64,000 nt of DNA from positions 1-64,000 of the IMG/VR virus record IMGVR_UViG_3300045988_081431; one strand, given 5' to 3'. Position 1 is the stretch's first letter. Every line of letters begins with the position of its first letter. Below, one piece after another: positions 8,952 through 19,333 of this stretch. The notes beneath the pieces were generated by a model, which was not told the DNA's origin, searched no databases, and saw only the letters and a list, made by a program, of their open reading frames with translations. A program made the position numbers and the translations under genes. The DNA comes from a virus.

Positions 8952-9524
8952 ATGTCGATGTACTTAGAACAAAATGAGATTGACGAATATAGCACAATCA
9001 TTCCTTTTGATGAGACTCATGTTCGTTTCGCATCGACAATGATTGATGCCTATGTTGGAACGAACAATGGTAAATCCAAGTTCTCATCCAATGTTATTAC
9101 CGAAGTGGTTCATCCGAACCGCAAAGGTGTTCTTATTCTTAAAAACGACCCTGTGATAGATATTGAGTCTATCCAAGGTATTCATACACGAGATGTAAAT
9201 GAAGTTGGTGTTGAAATAGAACCCTATCTGTATGACTTTGATGGCAGTAAATATGTTTATCTATTGAATAACACCGACAGAATGTCATATTCAAAAATAT
9301 TCTTGCGTGGTGCAAGATACTACAAGGTCACATACAAATACGGATTCGATGAAATCCCAGAAGAAGTAAAGACTGCATGTGCTATGCTTGCCATGAATAT
9401 ATCTCAAGTATCAACCTTTACTGCATTAGACTCAATGACTACACTTGATGCTAGATTTTCCCTTGCTGACCCTAATTTGTTTACGAATGAGATTAAGTCT
9501 CTATTGTCTCGCTACAGATTTTAA
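8952..9524 (+). CDS. head-tail connector/adaptor candidate
   Basis: 190-aa ORF with an AGGAGA RBS. The call rests only on its position between capsid and tail genes. Confidence 0.4.
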   Translation: MSMYLEQNEIDEYSTIIPFDETHVRFASTMIDAYVGTNNGKSKFSSNVITEVVHPNRKGVLILKNDPVIDIESIQGIHTRDVNEVGVEIEPYLYDFDGSKYVYLLNNTDRMSYSKIFLRGARYYKVTYKYGFDEIPEEVKTACAMLAMNISQVSTFTALDSMTTLDARFSLADPNLFTNEIKSLLSRYRF

Positions 9525-9536
9525 CGGAGGTGCTAT

Positions 9537-10124
9537 ATGAAAGAAAAGTATACACCAAAGTTTGACTGTACTCGGATGTTCGCATCATGGAGAGAAACGG
9601 TTAAATGCGATGGCAAGAAACCTGAGTTTGTACTGTTTACACGAATCGGTCGTGGTACTAAACGGTTTCTTGTGAATAATGTCAGATGGGGAAATCTAAT
9701 GTCTGACTCTGCACTTGAGTGTGGAGACATCTGCGAACGCAAGAATGGCGATACGTTGTTCTTAGTCGCAAAAACAAACTCATTTAATGGAGACAAAGGT
9801 GAGTTTTATACAACAAATACCACAGTAAATATCTATAGTGTTGACAACCAGCTAGACGAATATGGTAACACGGCAGGCACCACCGCTACACTAAAGGTTA
9901 AAGACCTGAAATGTGTATACGAAGATGTTTCTGCTAAAATGCATATGTTTGACTATGGCTTGCTACCAACTACAACCAAGCGTTTTATTTTACCCAAAGA
10001 TACAGAAATCGCACTACTTGATAGAATCGAAATCAATGGACAGTTCTTACAAATTGATGTAATTAACAGGTTCGATTTTGCTCCGTTCTTGTATGTGCAG
10101 TGCTCACCAGATGAGCGTGGCTAA
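9537..10124 (+). CDS. hypothetical protein (head-tail joining region)
   Basis: 195-aa ORF with a GGAGG RBS. No motif recognised. Confidence 0.55.
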   Translation: MKEKYTPKFDCTRMFASWRETVKCDGKKPEFVLFTRIGRGTKRFLVNNVRWGNLMSDSALECGDICERKNGDTLFLVAKTNSFNGDKGEFYTTNTTVNIYSVDNQLDEYGNTAGTTATLKVKDLKCVYEDVSAKMHMFDYGLLPTTTKRFILPKDTEIALLDRIEINGQFLQIDVINRFDFAPFLYVQCSPDERG

Positions 10125-10126
10125 CC

Positions 10127-10735
10127 ATGGAAACAATCCAAGATGTTGTCTCTAAGGTAGTCAAAGACCATTTATTTGTTTTAACCGAACGCATTGAACA
10201 ACAATGGAGTGCGACCGACCAAGGCAAGTATACGGCTCACGATATAACACTTAGAAGATATACACCAAGCAAAAACATGGTTAGACTTGGTTTAGACTTT
10301 GAGGGTCTTGGTGCTTTTATCCTTGAGTATGGCTCTGGGTCACTTATGGTGACCAACAGTAGTGCAGAAATTGGAGACTTAGGTAACCCAGATGTCTCAG
10401 ACTATATGAACTCCTCGTGGTTTAATGATGCCAGAAGTGCTAATGGAAATGCAATCACAGGTCGTGCCAAAGGAGAGACTGTTCATTCTCCAGCAAGAGA
10501 TGGAAAGGATACAACCTCTAGTGGTAAACTATATGGTAAAAACTTAGAGAAACCGTTACCACGGAAAAACTCTAAGTCAAAACCATTACCACCACTAGAA
10601 CCACAAGAACCACTACATATTGTGGAAGAACAAGTCTTTTATTGGTGTATAGAACTTGAAGATGCAATTAATGAGGCAGTTGATGAGTGGTTAATGAACT
10701 CAATAGAGGGGTGTTTTAAGGGAGCAAACGCATGA
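10127..10735 (+). CDS. hypothetical protein (head-tail joining region)
   Basis: 202-aa ORF, tightly coupled to its neighbours. Confidence 0.55.
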   Translation: METIQDVVSKVVKDHLFVLTERIEQQWSATDQGKYTAHDITLRRYTPSKNMVRLGLDFEGLGAFILEYGSGSLMVTNSSAEIGDLGNPDVSDYMNSSWFNDARSANGNAITGRAKGETVHSPARDGKDTTSSGKLYGKNLEKPLPRKNSKSKPLPPLEPQEPLHIVEEQVFYWCIELEDAINEAVDEWLMNSIEGCFKGANA

Positions 10736-11151
10736 AGTATACGGTACAACTATTAGATGAACTATGGGATTTATTCCGTAAGGATGAGACCATGGCAACA
10801 CTACTCAAGGTGAAAGACACCTCTAGTCTTGCTGAGTGGAACACGAAAATGAGACGAGGGCTCGCAGGTGCTGAACTCGTTGATGAAAAACAAGATATTT
10901 ACTTTGTCATGTCATTTATACCATCCGTAGGTGGAACAAAGAATTGGATGGTAAATAAGAATATGCTTGAGTTTCGACTTATTGGTCGTAGCAATAATCG
11001 TAAACTTATGAATGACTTATATATCCACCTGAACAAATTATTGAAAAAACATTATGAAGACATGTCTGTATATGCCGAGGGTTCATTCTCAACAGGCACA
11101 GCAGGTCTCATTGGTTATATGTTTAGAGTTCGACCATTTACTTGGTCTTAA
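10732..11151 (+). CDS. hypothetical protein (tail completion/terminator position)
   Basis: 139-aa ORF with an ATGA overlap to the upstream gene, directly upstream of the tail tube gene. Confidence 0.5.
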   Translation: MKYTVQLLDELWDLFRKDETMATLLKVKDTSSLAEWNTKMRRGLAGAELVDEKQDIYFVMSFIPSVGGTKNWMVNKNMLEFRLIGRSNNRKLMNDLYIHLNKLLKKHYEDMSVYAEGSFSTGTAGLIGYMFRVRPFTWS

Positions 11152-11169
11152 TTACAGGAGATTTACTTA

Positions 11170-11970
11170 ATGGCTACACAAACAGGCAAAAACTTTGTAT
11201 TGAATGGTGTTGGTGAAGCATGGGCTAAACGTGTCGTAAACGGCAAGGCTGAGGCTTATAAACTTGGCACACTTCAAACAATGAAACTATCTTTTAGTTC
11301 CTCTGATGAAAAAGTGTATGGTTCTGATGCACTTCCTCCAATCTATATCTTGAATAAAGAGTCCTCTGTATCTGCTTCCTTTACTGAAGCACGTTTCAAC
11401 CTAGATTATTTAGGTGTAACAACTGGTGCTGAAATCGACAACAAAGGTACTCTAATCTTTAGCGTTGCACCTACGTTGATTGCAAGTGGTACAACATTTA
11501 CTGTACCTAATGTATCTAATGTAATTCCAGAAGACACAATCGTTGTACTTGCTAATGACGTAAACATGGAAGATGAACGTGTGACATTGAAATATGTTAA
11601 ATCTCAACTTCCATCTGCTGGTGAATTTACAATTACTGCAAGCGGTGCAATCACTTTGGGTGAGTCTGTAACAAACAAATACATCGAAGTATCTGGCTTG
11701 CGTACTGACACAACTTCTCGCCGTGCTACAATGAAAGCAACATCTGTGCCTCAATTCGTGGAAATCCGCCACGTTTCTAACCCTGTAGATATGGGCGATG
11801 GTAAAAAAGTTGTTCTTCATACTCACATCTTCCGTGCTCGTGCGACAGGCAAGCTAGATATAGACCACGAACGTCAAAAGGCTTCCGCTCCTCAATTGGA
11901 GTTTGAAGTTATGTACGACACCACTCGTACTGACGGTAAAATCTTGGAAATCACTCAAGAAATTCAGTAA
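11170..11970 (+). CDS. major tail (tube) protein
   Basis: 266 aa with a CAGGAGA RBS, highly-expressed codon style and a terminator downstream. It immediately precedes the chaperone and tape-measure genes. Confidence 0.7.
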   Translation: MATQTGKNFVLNGVGEAWAKRVVNGKAEAYKLGTLQTMKLSFSSSDEKVYGSDALPPIYILNKESSVSASFTEARFNLDYLGVTTGAEIDNKGTLIFSVAPTLIASGTTFTVPNVSNVIPEDTIVVLANDVNMEDERVTLKYVKSQLPSAGEFTITASGAITLGESVTNKYIEVSGLRTDTTSRRATMKATSVPQFVEIRHVSNPVDMGDGKKVVLHTHIFRARATGKLDIDHERQKASAPQLEFEVMYDTTRTDGKILEITQEIQ

Positions 11971-11978
11971 TACTTATG

Positions 11979-12008
11979 GGGGCATCTTTATGATGCCCCT
12001 ATTTTTTC
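11979..12008 (+). terminator. rho-independent terminator after tail tube gene
   Basis: GGGGCATC / TTTAT / GATGCCCC, followed by TATTTTTT. Confidence 0.7.
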
Positions 12009-12027
12009 GTATATGGAGAGTTAACAG

Positions 12028-12411
12028 ATGGCAGACACACTAATACCTAAAGTGAAATACGTTGAGTTAAATGGGAAAGAATATCAAATCTATCCAATGA
12101 AACTTGGTGACTACGCAAGAGTCGAAAGGTTGTTGTCTAAGATTAATGACCAGTACTTATATTTGAATTTACCAACACCAATCACAAAAGATGATGGTAC
12201 ATTTGAACTTGATAAGAATGGTAAAGTGAAATATGATTATGTGGCATTTAACGCCATGTGTGAATTATTTGAACTTGCTTTACACATTCCAAGAAAAGAA
12301 GTAATGGATGTTGTTGACCTTGACAGTGGTATTGAAATCTTAGATGAATACATGTGTATCTCTGGTTTAAAAAAAAAGATATTGAGCAGTCTACAGGAGA
12401 TGGTGGACTAG
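12028..12411 (+). CDS. tail assembly chaperone (gpG-like)
   Basis: 127-aa ORF directly upstream of the tape measure, with a slippery run near its 3' end. Confidence 0.7.
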   Translation: MADTLIPKVKYVELNGKEYQIYPMKLGDYARVERLLSKINDQYLYLNLPTPITKDDGTFELDKNGKVKYDYVAFNAMCELFELALHIPRKEVMDVVDLDSGIEILDEYMCISGLKKKILSSLQEMVD

Positions 12412-12623
12412 ATAACGTAATCGCATCTCTTGTTCAACACACAAGTGAAACTAGGGCAAGTCTAATGGAATATACTTTGCCAGAACTTGAGGGTTTATCT
12501 ACCGCTTTAAACGAAAACAACAAAATGGATGAGTCAGATGGTGACTCTTTTGTGGACTCAAATTCCGTCACAGGGGCAGATGCCATCCGTGGTCTTTTGA
12601 GTTCTGGGTATGCATCTGAATAG
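12028..12623 (+). CDS. tail assembly chaperone frameshift product (gpGT-like, -1 PRF)
   Basis: The ORF at 12354-12623 is in the -1 frame, has no independent RBS and overlaps the end of the G ORF. A shift at A_AAA_AAG (12372-12378) would join ...GLKKK to DIEQSTGDGG... Confidence 0.6.
12369..12378 (+). promoter_or_regulatory. -1 programmed ribosomal frameshift slippery site
   Basis: A run of nine A residues followed by G (TTA AAA AAA AAG in frame 0), in the canonical position between the tail chaperone ORFs. Confidence 0.6.
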
Positions 12624-12637
12624 AATGGAGAAAATGA

Positions 12638-15600
12638 ATGGCTAATAAAAAATTCGGATATGACATAAAGGTCAATTATGGCAATATTCATGATGATACC
12701 AAAAAGGTTATATCTGGTCTTAATGAACTTGACAAAGCAATCGGTCGCCTAAAGAATGTCAAGGATATTTCCATTAATGTTAAAGCAGGTGGCGACCAAT
12801 TCAAGAAATTAACTGAGTATGCCGCACAACTCGATAGAAGTCTTAAAACCGCATCCGATAGCGGTGATAAACTAACTGGGTCACTTGGGCGTGTGGTATC
12901 TCAGTTCTCAAACGTGCGTGATATGACTAAGGGTGTATCCAAAGAAGTCACCGATGCATCTCGCAACATTGAAAAACTTGGGCAAGCACTACAACGGTCA
13001 ACTACAGTTGCCAAGGAGCAATCTTTTGCTGGACAAATTGCGAACCTAAAGAGGCAAGCTGAAGAAAACTATAAGCAAAACTTTACTGCTAATCCAATGG
13101 CTTACGCACAAAATGCAAGAGCATTAAACGCAGAACTACAAAAGTTATATCAAGCACAAAAAGCCGTAAACTTGGCAACAAGAGAAAACATTGGTTTGTT
13201 AAAACAATGGGGCATCGACACAGAAAACGTAGGTCATAGACTTGGTTATCTTGCAACACGAATGGTTGCATCATTCGCCCTAGATAAGACTATCCAAAGT
13301 TTCACACAAATGGCACATGTCGAAAAAGATATGGCTGGTTTTGCCCAAGTTATGAAACATGGCACAGGTCAAACTAATGCTTTCGCACGTAGTCTCATGG
13401 AAGTTGACCCATCGCATATGGTCAACGGTCTTCAACTGTCAGGGAAAGAGGCAGAACACTTCAAGCATGAACTTGAGGAAATGCAAAGCAAGTTGCAATC
13501 TCTTGCCGTTAAATACGGTACAACAAGTCATGAAATGATTGAGTCTGCCAAACTATGGGGTCGTGCGTATAAAGATAACAATACTGTTCTTGCGTTGACA
13601 GATGCAGCCACAAAACTTGCGGTTGCCGATGCGTTCGACATTGTATCTGCCAATAAAGCACTTGAGTCTTCAATCATGCAATGGGGTTTCCAAATCCACA
13701 ATGCTAATGATGCTATGAGTGTTTCAAACCGCATTATTGACTCATGGACTGCATTGGCTCATAACTATACGGTTTCTGCACAGACATTATCCGAGGCTAA
13801 CAAACGTATGGCACAATCTGCCGCCGAAGTTGGTGTATCTTTCCATTCTGCACAAGCACTTGTTGCGGTTATGGCACGTAAGACACAAGCCGAGGGTGGT
13901 GAAATCGGTAACGCCTTGAAATCAATCTTTGGTTCTATCCACTCTAAAAAAGCAATTACTGCATTACAAGAGTTTGGTATCGAGGTGTATAAAGTCGGTG
14001 AAAACGGTGAGAAATCATTCCGTAAAGTTGACGATGTATTGCTTGATTTAATGATTAAGGCTCAAGGCTCAAAGGAATCCATGGAGGGTCTTCTCAAGGC
14101 AATCTCTGGTGGTAAATGGCAATGGAATAAAGCCGATGCCATGTTAGACCTGAACGAATACCTCGAGGCATTAAAACAATCGTCTTCTTCTATGGGTTTC
14201 ACCAATGCTCAAGTTGGTATGCAATTAGATACCATTGAAACAAAACTCAAACAAGTGTCTGCTCAATGGGAGAAAATGACCTCTAGTAGCCATACTATGG
14301 GTAAAGCCTTTAAGGGTGCATTAGATATTACCTTAAAGTTGTTGCAATGGCTTGACTCTGTTCCAACCTCAATGTATACAATCGTTGGTGCAACGGTTGC
14401 AGCCTTGATTGTCCAACGTAGATACGGTCAAGTCAGCCAATTTGTACTTAAGAATGTTTCTCGGTTGTGGTCTACGGCTACAACACATGTCAATAAATAC
14501 ATTGTTGCCGCACAAGAGGCATCTGTTGCGACAAGTGGTGTTGGTCGTGCTATGGCTACAACAAGTGGTGCAATCCGTGGTGTTGGTTCTGGCTTGAAAA
14601 TGATGGCTGGTGGATGGCTTGGTATTGTTATGACACTTGCTTTGGTTGCAGATGTATTGATGGATATTTACAATGCATCTCAAGACACAACCAAGGCTTT
14701 GTATGAGGATTATTCTACTCATCAAAAACTTGCTCAACAATACGAAGAAACCGCATCTCGTATGGAAGAAGCCAGAGGTGTCGCAGAACAATATCTAACT
14801 ATTCATGCACGACTAAAAGAAAAGATTGCTGATACTGCAACAACAGAACAAGAACGTATGTTGTTACAAAACCAAATACATGAGACTGAACAAGGTCTTA
14901 TTGCAATACTTGGCGAAGAAGAAACTGCTTATGTGCTTGCCGCAGATAGTGCAGAAGAACAAAGCCAAAGAGCACAAAATGCGATTACACGCAAGAAAGA
15001 AGAACTTGAGAAGTCTGCTCAAGATGAACGTGCGGCAATCGCTGAGACTGCAAACCAATTAAGAGCGGCAACCAAAGAAAACATCGAGTCTCTAAAGAGT
15101 GAAGAAACTGGATGGATTAGACGGATGGCGTTGCTTCAAGAGTATATTGGTTGGGTTGGTCTTGCCCAACTTGCTTATGCCAAACTATTGCAGATTATCG
15201 GTGAATGGAAAGAAAAACGTGCGACCGCCAAGATTGACGAGTTAAAGAAACAACTTGAGGAAGATAAAGCCGAAGCCGAAGCAAGACGAGCAGAGGGTGA
15301 CCTGCAAGGTGCACAAGCGTTTGAAAACAGAGCATCTGACTTAGAGCGACAAATGCACATCTCTCAAGAGTCTCTGTCAATGGCTCAACAATGGCAATCC
15401 GAGGCTCAAGATGTGATTGCGAAACTTAATGCACGAGCGATTGCAAACATTAAAGTTGAACAAGCGGAAAAACTAAATGAGTTAAACATGACTTCAAGTT
15501 CAGGTCATGCAGGCGGTGGTGCTATCGGTGGTGGTAACACAGGTGATTACGCTCGTAGTGAACTGCCTGATGGTGCTGGCGAAGAATCCAAGGGTAAAAA

Positions 15601-17614
15601 GGGTAAGTCCTCAAGTAAACAGAAAAACCCTTTAGCGGAAACACGAGTTGGTGCAGCCATTGACTTCTTGATAAAGCAGGGTTTTACACCAAACCAAGCA
15701 TATGGTATCGTTGGGAATCTACAAGTTGAATCCTTTGATGATATTAGACCATGGGCAGAAGACGGTACAGGTGCTTATGGTATTGCTCAATGGCAAGATA
15801 GTCGGTTAGAAGACTTGAAAGAGTTCGCAAGAGAAAACGGTTCGGATTATACTGCATTTGAAACACAACTTGCGTTCCTTGTGCATGAGTTGCAACATAA
15901 AGAACGTGATAATTGGCAAAAGGTTCTTCGAGATGCCGTTAATAATACTCCAGAAGAATACGCATCATACTTCGATAAACACGTTGAACGGTCTTCTCAA
16001 GAACATAACTGGTTAAGACAACAAAAGGCTCGTGCTCTTGCTGATAACGGTTATGGCGATGAGGATAAAACCGCTGATAATCGTGCGAACAAAATCATGG
16101 ACAAGCAAAAGAAGATTGAGAGTATTGCTCTGAAGCTGGCTAAGACTCAACTTGAGATGGAAAATGCCATGAAGCCAAAAGAACAGGCTGACTTCGCACA
16201 AGAGACTGCGGCTTTAACCGAAAAGTTAAAGAGCATGCAAAAAGAGATTGATGAGTTATTAAAACTCAATCCTCAAGCCAATGTCAAGAGTCTTCAAGAG
16301 ACCATGAAAAAGTATGAGGCAACTATGACTCATCGTCTTCAAGATAAGTATCGTGATAAAGACTATGACGAAGCCACACAAATGATGAAAGACCGTCATG
16401 AAAACGAAGACTTAGACCGTGAGATTGCAGGCATATCTGAAAACTTCTGGGTATCTGACTTACGAACAGTCAACCGCTTGGTTGAAGAATACACAATCAA
16501 AACCAAGAAATACCATGATATGGTTGAGGCTTTTAAACGTGGTGACTCTGAATATACCGAGGCTGACATTCGTAAGACTGGTCTTGAGCTCAAGAAGCTA
16601 GAGAGTCAAATCAAGAAAACAGGCAATGCACTTAACAAGAACATCAAGCAACAAACGCACGATGTATTCCATGGTTTACTGTTTGAGGGTAAAAAGTTTA
16701 AAGACATTTGGAAAGACTTGTGGAAACAACTTGCCGAAGATGCTTTGAAAATGATATTCAAAATCAATGATGGCAACGGCGGCTTATTCCAAAATCTGTT
16801 ACGCAAGTTTGACAAGAACTATCAAAAGGGCATTAACCCATCGCTAGACGGCAACGGTAAAAACGGCAATAATATCGGTGGTATTGACGAGAGTCTTAAC
16901 CAACAAATGATGATTGCTCAGTCTACACGCAACTTAGACCAAAACTTTGCCACATGGATGCAAAACACTCAGGGCGGTACATCATGGCAACAAGCGACAT
17001 TTACCGATGCTGTAATCTATGGTAATGTCCAAGGCGGTGCATCCGATGTTAACTTGCCTGAAAACGCTACAGATGAAAAAGGTAAAACCGATGTATCTCA
17101 ATACATTAACGCTGGTATGAAACTTGCTGGTGGTACTAATAACAAGTGGTTGAATGGTCTCGGTACAATCGCTGGTTTTGCTCAAAAGTTTGGTCTATTG
17201 AAGTTCGCAAGTGGTGGTTCTGTAGATAAAGACCAACTTGTCCGTGTTGGTGAGGGCGACAAGAAAGAATGGATTATTCCAACTGCTGATAAGGCACGTG
17301 GTCGCCAATTATTAAATCAAGCGGCAAAAGACCTTGGCGTTGGTGTCACAAACGGTATCGAACCGAAGTGGCAACACGAAGACACCAAGCATGGAGCATT
17401 GTCAGATGCATCCAAAAGACAAGACCGCTTGATGAACCAAATGGTTGCCAATACGACTGCTATGACAAAAGGTATGAACTATATGGCAAACGGTGGTTCT
17501 GGTACGAAAGAGTCTATCGCTCAACCTGTGTTTATGAAACAAACGCTTTCAGACCAAGACTTCTTGGCTAAGTACCAAAAACTGATTGCTCTTGGAAAGT
17601 TAAAACATTCATAA
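12638..17614 (+). CDS. tail tape measure protein with internal lysozyme-like domain
   Basis: 1658 aa with long coiled-coil and TM-like central segments, positioned after G/GT. The region at about 15650-16012, 'AAIDFLIKQGFTPNQAYGIVGNLQVES...GIAQWQ', resembles the phage tail lysozyme domain. Confidence 0.85.
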   Translation: MANKKFGYDIKVNYGNIHDDTKKVISGLNELDKAIGRLKNVKDISINVKAGGDQFKKLTEYAAQLDRSLKTASDSGDKLTGSLGRVVSQFSNVRDMTKGVSKEVTDASRNIEKLGQALQRSTTVAKEQSFAGQIANLKRQAEENYKQNFTANPMAYAQNARALNAELQKLYQAQKAVNLATRENIGLLKQWGIDTENVGHRLGYLATRMVASFALDKTIQSFTQMAHVEKDMAGFAQVMKHGTGQTNAFARSLMEVDPSHMVNGLQLSGKEAEHFKHELEEMQSKLQSLAVKYGTTSHEMIESAKLWGRAYKDNNTVLALTDAATKLAVADAFDIVSANKALESSIMQWGFQIHNANDAMSVSNRIIDSWTALAHNYTVSAQTLSEANKRMAQSAAEVGVSFHSAQALVAVMARKTQAEGGEIGNALKSIFGSIHSKKAITALQEFGIEVYKVGENGEKSFRKVDDVLLDLMIKAQGSKESMEGLLKAISGGKWQWNKADAMLDLNEYLEALKQSSSSMGFTNAQVGMQLDTIETKLKQVSAQWEKMTSSSHTMGKAFKGALDITLKLLQWLDSVPTSMYTIVGATVAALIVQRRYGQVSQFVLKNVSRLWSTATTHVNKYIVAAQEASVATSGVGRAMATTSGAIRGVGSGLKMMAGGWLGIVMTLALVADVLMDIYNASQDTTKALYEDYSTHQKLAQQYEETASRMEEARGVAEQYLTIHARLKEKIADTATTEQERMLLQNQIHETEQGLIAILGEEETAYVLAADSAEEQSQRAQNAITRKKEELEKSAQDERAAIAETANQLRAATKENIESLKSEETGWIRRMALLQEYIGWVGLAQLAYAKLLQIIGEWKEKRATAKIDELKKQLEEDKAEAEARRAEGDLQGAQAFENRASDLERQMHISQESLSMAQQWQSEAQDVIAKLNARAIANIKVEQAEKLNELNMTSSSGHAGGGAIGGGNTGDYARSELPDGAGEESKGKKGKSSSKQKNPLAETRVGAAIDFLIKQGFTPNQAYGIVGNLQVESFDDIRPWAEDGTGAYGIAQWQDSRLEDLKEFARENGSDYTAFETQLAFLVHELQHKERDNWQKVLRDAVNNTPEEYASYFDKHVERSSQEHNWLRQQKARALADNGYGDEDKTADNRANKIMDKQKKIESIALKLAKTQLEMENAMKPKEQADFAQETAALTEKLKSMQKEIDELLKLNPQANVKSLQETMKKYEATMTHRLQDKYRDKDYDEATQMMKDRHENEDLDREIAGISENFWVSDLRTVNRLVEEYTIKTKKYHDMVEAFKRGDSEYTEADIRKTGLELKKLESQIKKTGNALNKNIKQQTHDVFHGLLFEGKKFKDIWKDLWKQLAEDALKMIFKINDGNGGLFQNLLRKFDKNYQKGINPSLDGNGKNGNNIGGIDESLNQQMMIAQSTRNLDQNFATWMQNTQGGTSWQQATFTDAVIYGNVQGGASDVNLPENATDEKGKTDVSQYINAGMKLAGGTNNKWLNGLGTIAGFAQKFGLLKFASGGSVDKDQLVRVGEGDKKEWIIPTADKARGRQLLNQAAKDLGVGVTNGIEPKWQHEDTKHGALSDASKRQDRLMNQMVANTTAMTKGMNYMANGGSGTKESIAQPVFMKQTLSDQDFLAKYQKLIALGKLKHS

Positions 17615-17650
17615 AATCCTGTTACAAAAACGGATTGTTTTATACTATAG

Positions 17651-17681
17651 ATAGAGGGGTATTCACCCCTCTATCATTTTT
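17651..17681 (+). terminator. terminator-like hairpin after tape measure gene
   Basis: ATAGAGGGGT / ATTC / ACCCCTCTAT, followed by CATTTTT. Confidence 0.55.
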
Positions 17682-17695
17682 ACTATGGAGGTCAT

Positions 17696-18115
17696 ATGGA
17701 AGACATAACAAAATACCTTGGGTTGAAATATGGCTTTGATAAATCAAAAGGTCAATACCATTGTGCTGACATATGCAGAATGTGGTATAAAGACCATGGA
17801 TATACATATTGTTTTGACGATGGGAAGAAAGACCCTGTGTCGTGTGAAGATTTTCACAAGAACCATCAAATGAGACTTTTGAGATATTTATTGAAACATT
17901 TTGATAAAGTCAGAGATGCGAATGATTTACAACATGGAGATGTTGTGGTGTTCAATGTTGATGGTGATTTACACACAGGTATTTATTTACAGGGAGGACA
18001 AATATTGGCGATGCAAGTTCCTTGTGTCACAGATAAGTCATTATCTGCCGTATTCAAACGCAGTTATTGGCAACCTTTGTTCTACTGTGGTTTCCGTCAA
18101 GAAAGGAATAACTAA
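17696..18115 (+). CDS. NlpC/P60-family tail peptidase (gpK / GTA g14-like)
   Basis: Candidate catalytic Cys in 'YHCADICRMWY' and His in 'DLHTGIYL'. 139 aa, located in the tail-tip module. Confidence 0.6.
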   Translation: MEDITKYLGLKYGFDKSKGQYHCADICRMWYKDHGYTYCFDDGKKDPVSCEDFHKNHQMRLLRYLLKHFDKVRDANDLQHGDVVVFNVDGDLHTGIYLQGGQILAMQVPCVTDKSLSAVFKRSYWQPLFYCGFRQERNN

Positions 18116-18489
18116 TGGCACAATTACCAAAGTTTCCTTTGCCGTATATCTTCGAGGTTGAAAAAGGTCTTAAGTTCGCCACACAAGAGGTTGTCTTTGC
18201 AAGTGGTAAAAAACAAGTGAGACAAAATGCGGTCACACCTGTGAGAACTTGGAATATTAGCTTGCGTGGAACAACAGAGCAACAAAAGATATTTGAAGAC
18301 TTTTGTGAAACCGTTGGTGGTAACACAAGACATTTTGTGTTTACCGATGAGTTTGGCAAAGACCAAATCTGCCGTTTCGCAACCAACGAGTTCAACCTGA
18401 AAGTGTTACGAGACTTTACTGTGGAGAATGGTACTCACGGTAATGCCGTTGGTTTTACGGCGAATGTACAAATTGAAAAAGTAATCTAA
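18115..18489 (+). CDS. distal tail protein, DUF2460/GTA g12-like N-terminal domain
   Basis: The pattern 'FPLP...T..V.FASGK.Q.RQN...P.R.W...L......Q.IF.DF....GG....F.F.DEF' matches my memory of the DUF2460 family. 124 aa. Confidence 0.45.
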   Translation: MAQLPKFPLPYIFEVEKGLKFATQEVVFASGKKQVRQNAVTPVRTWNISLRGTTEQQKIFEDFCETVGGNTRHFVFTDEFGKDQICRFATNEFNLKVLRDFTVENGTHGNAVGFTANVQIEKVI

Positions 18490-18500
18490 CAGGAGGATAT

Positions 18501-19319
18501 ATGATTAATCTACCTGTTGCGTTTCGTGATGCCATAGAGAGCGGTTCGGTGTTTGACATCGAATTATACGAAGTGCATATTCCAAACATGACATTATATT
18601 TATGTTCATGTGATATAAATATACAATTCAACGGTCATACATACTTGGCGTTACCGATACGCCGAGGTGAGATTAATAAAACCGTTGACAGTTCTATCGA
18701 CTCATGCGATTTAGAAATCTCTAATGCTACTGATAAGTTTACTCAACTGTTATTCAAGGGTATACCATTCACAGGTAGTCGCATCTATATCTACAGGATA
18801 TTATATCCTGAGTCTCTTGCGAATAACCGATTGGTTAAACCTGTGTTTATGGGTCGAGTTGACTCACCAGAATTAACAAATGATGGCATCTTTAAGGTAA
18901 CAGTCACAAGCGATGTTCCTAATGTGCGTGGCGGTCGTAGAACACAATACTCTTGCACATCTGTATTCGGCGATGCATCATGTAAAGCCGAAGTTAAAAA
19001 GATGCAACCAACGATTACAAACATACAACAAACAAGCAACGGATATGAAGTTACGTTAAATGCTGTTGTATCAGAACAAGATTACACCAATGGAGTATTA
19101 ATCGTTGAGGGTGAAGCAAGAAAAATCGTTGGTTTTATCACCAACAAGACAATCAAATTAGAATATCCGCTGTTACAAGCGACAAATTATTTATTAAACA
19201 AACAATGTACGATACAAGCTGGGTGTGACAAAACACCATCTGACTGCAAACGACATAACAACCAAAAACGATATGCAGGATTCTTGTCCGTACCATTTGA
19301 ATTTACAGTCAGAACATAG
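18501..19319 (+). CDS. tail tip protein, gpL / DUF2163 + BR0599-like
   Basis: C-terminal Cys motif 'QAGCDKTPSDCKRHNNQKRYAGFLSVP', typical of the BR0599/gpL C-terminus. 272 aa, directly upstream of the gpJ-like gene. Confidence 0.55.
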   Translation: MINLPVAFRDAIESGSVFDIELYEVHIPNMTLYLCSCDINIQFNGHTYLALPIRRGEINKTVDSSIDSCDLEISNATDKFTQLLFKGIPFTGSRIYIYRILYPESLANNRLVKPVFMGRVDSPELTNDGIFKVTVTSDVPNVRGGRRTQYSCTSVFGDASCKAEVKKMQPTITNIQQTSNGYEVTLNAVVSEQDYTNGVLIVEGEARKIVGFITNKTIKLEYPLLQATNYLLNKQCTIQAGCDKTPSDCKRHNNQKRYAGFLSVPFEFTVRT

Positions 19320-19333
19320 AAAGCAGGTGACAT

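Noticed and set aside
12354-12623. Independent 89-aa gene between the chaperone and tape-measure genes
   Set aside because: It has no RBS, starts inside the upstream ORF, and is in the -1 frame right at an A9 slippery run. It is better explained as the T part of a G/GT frameshift product.
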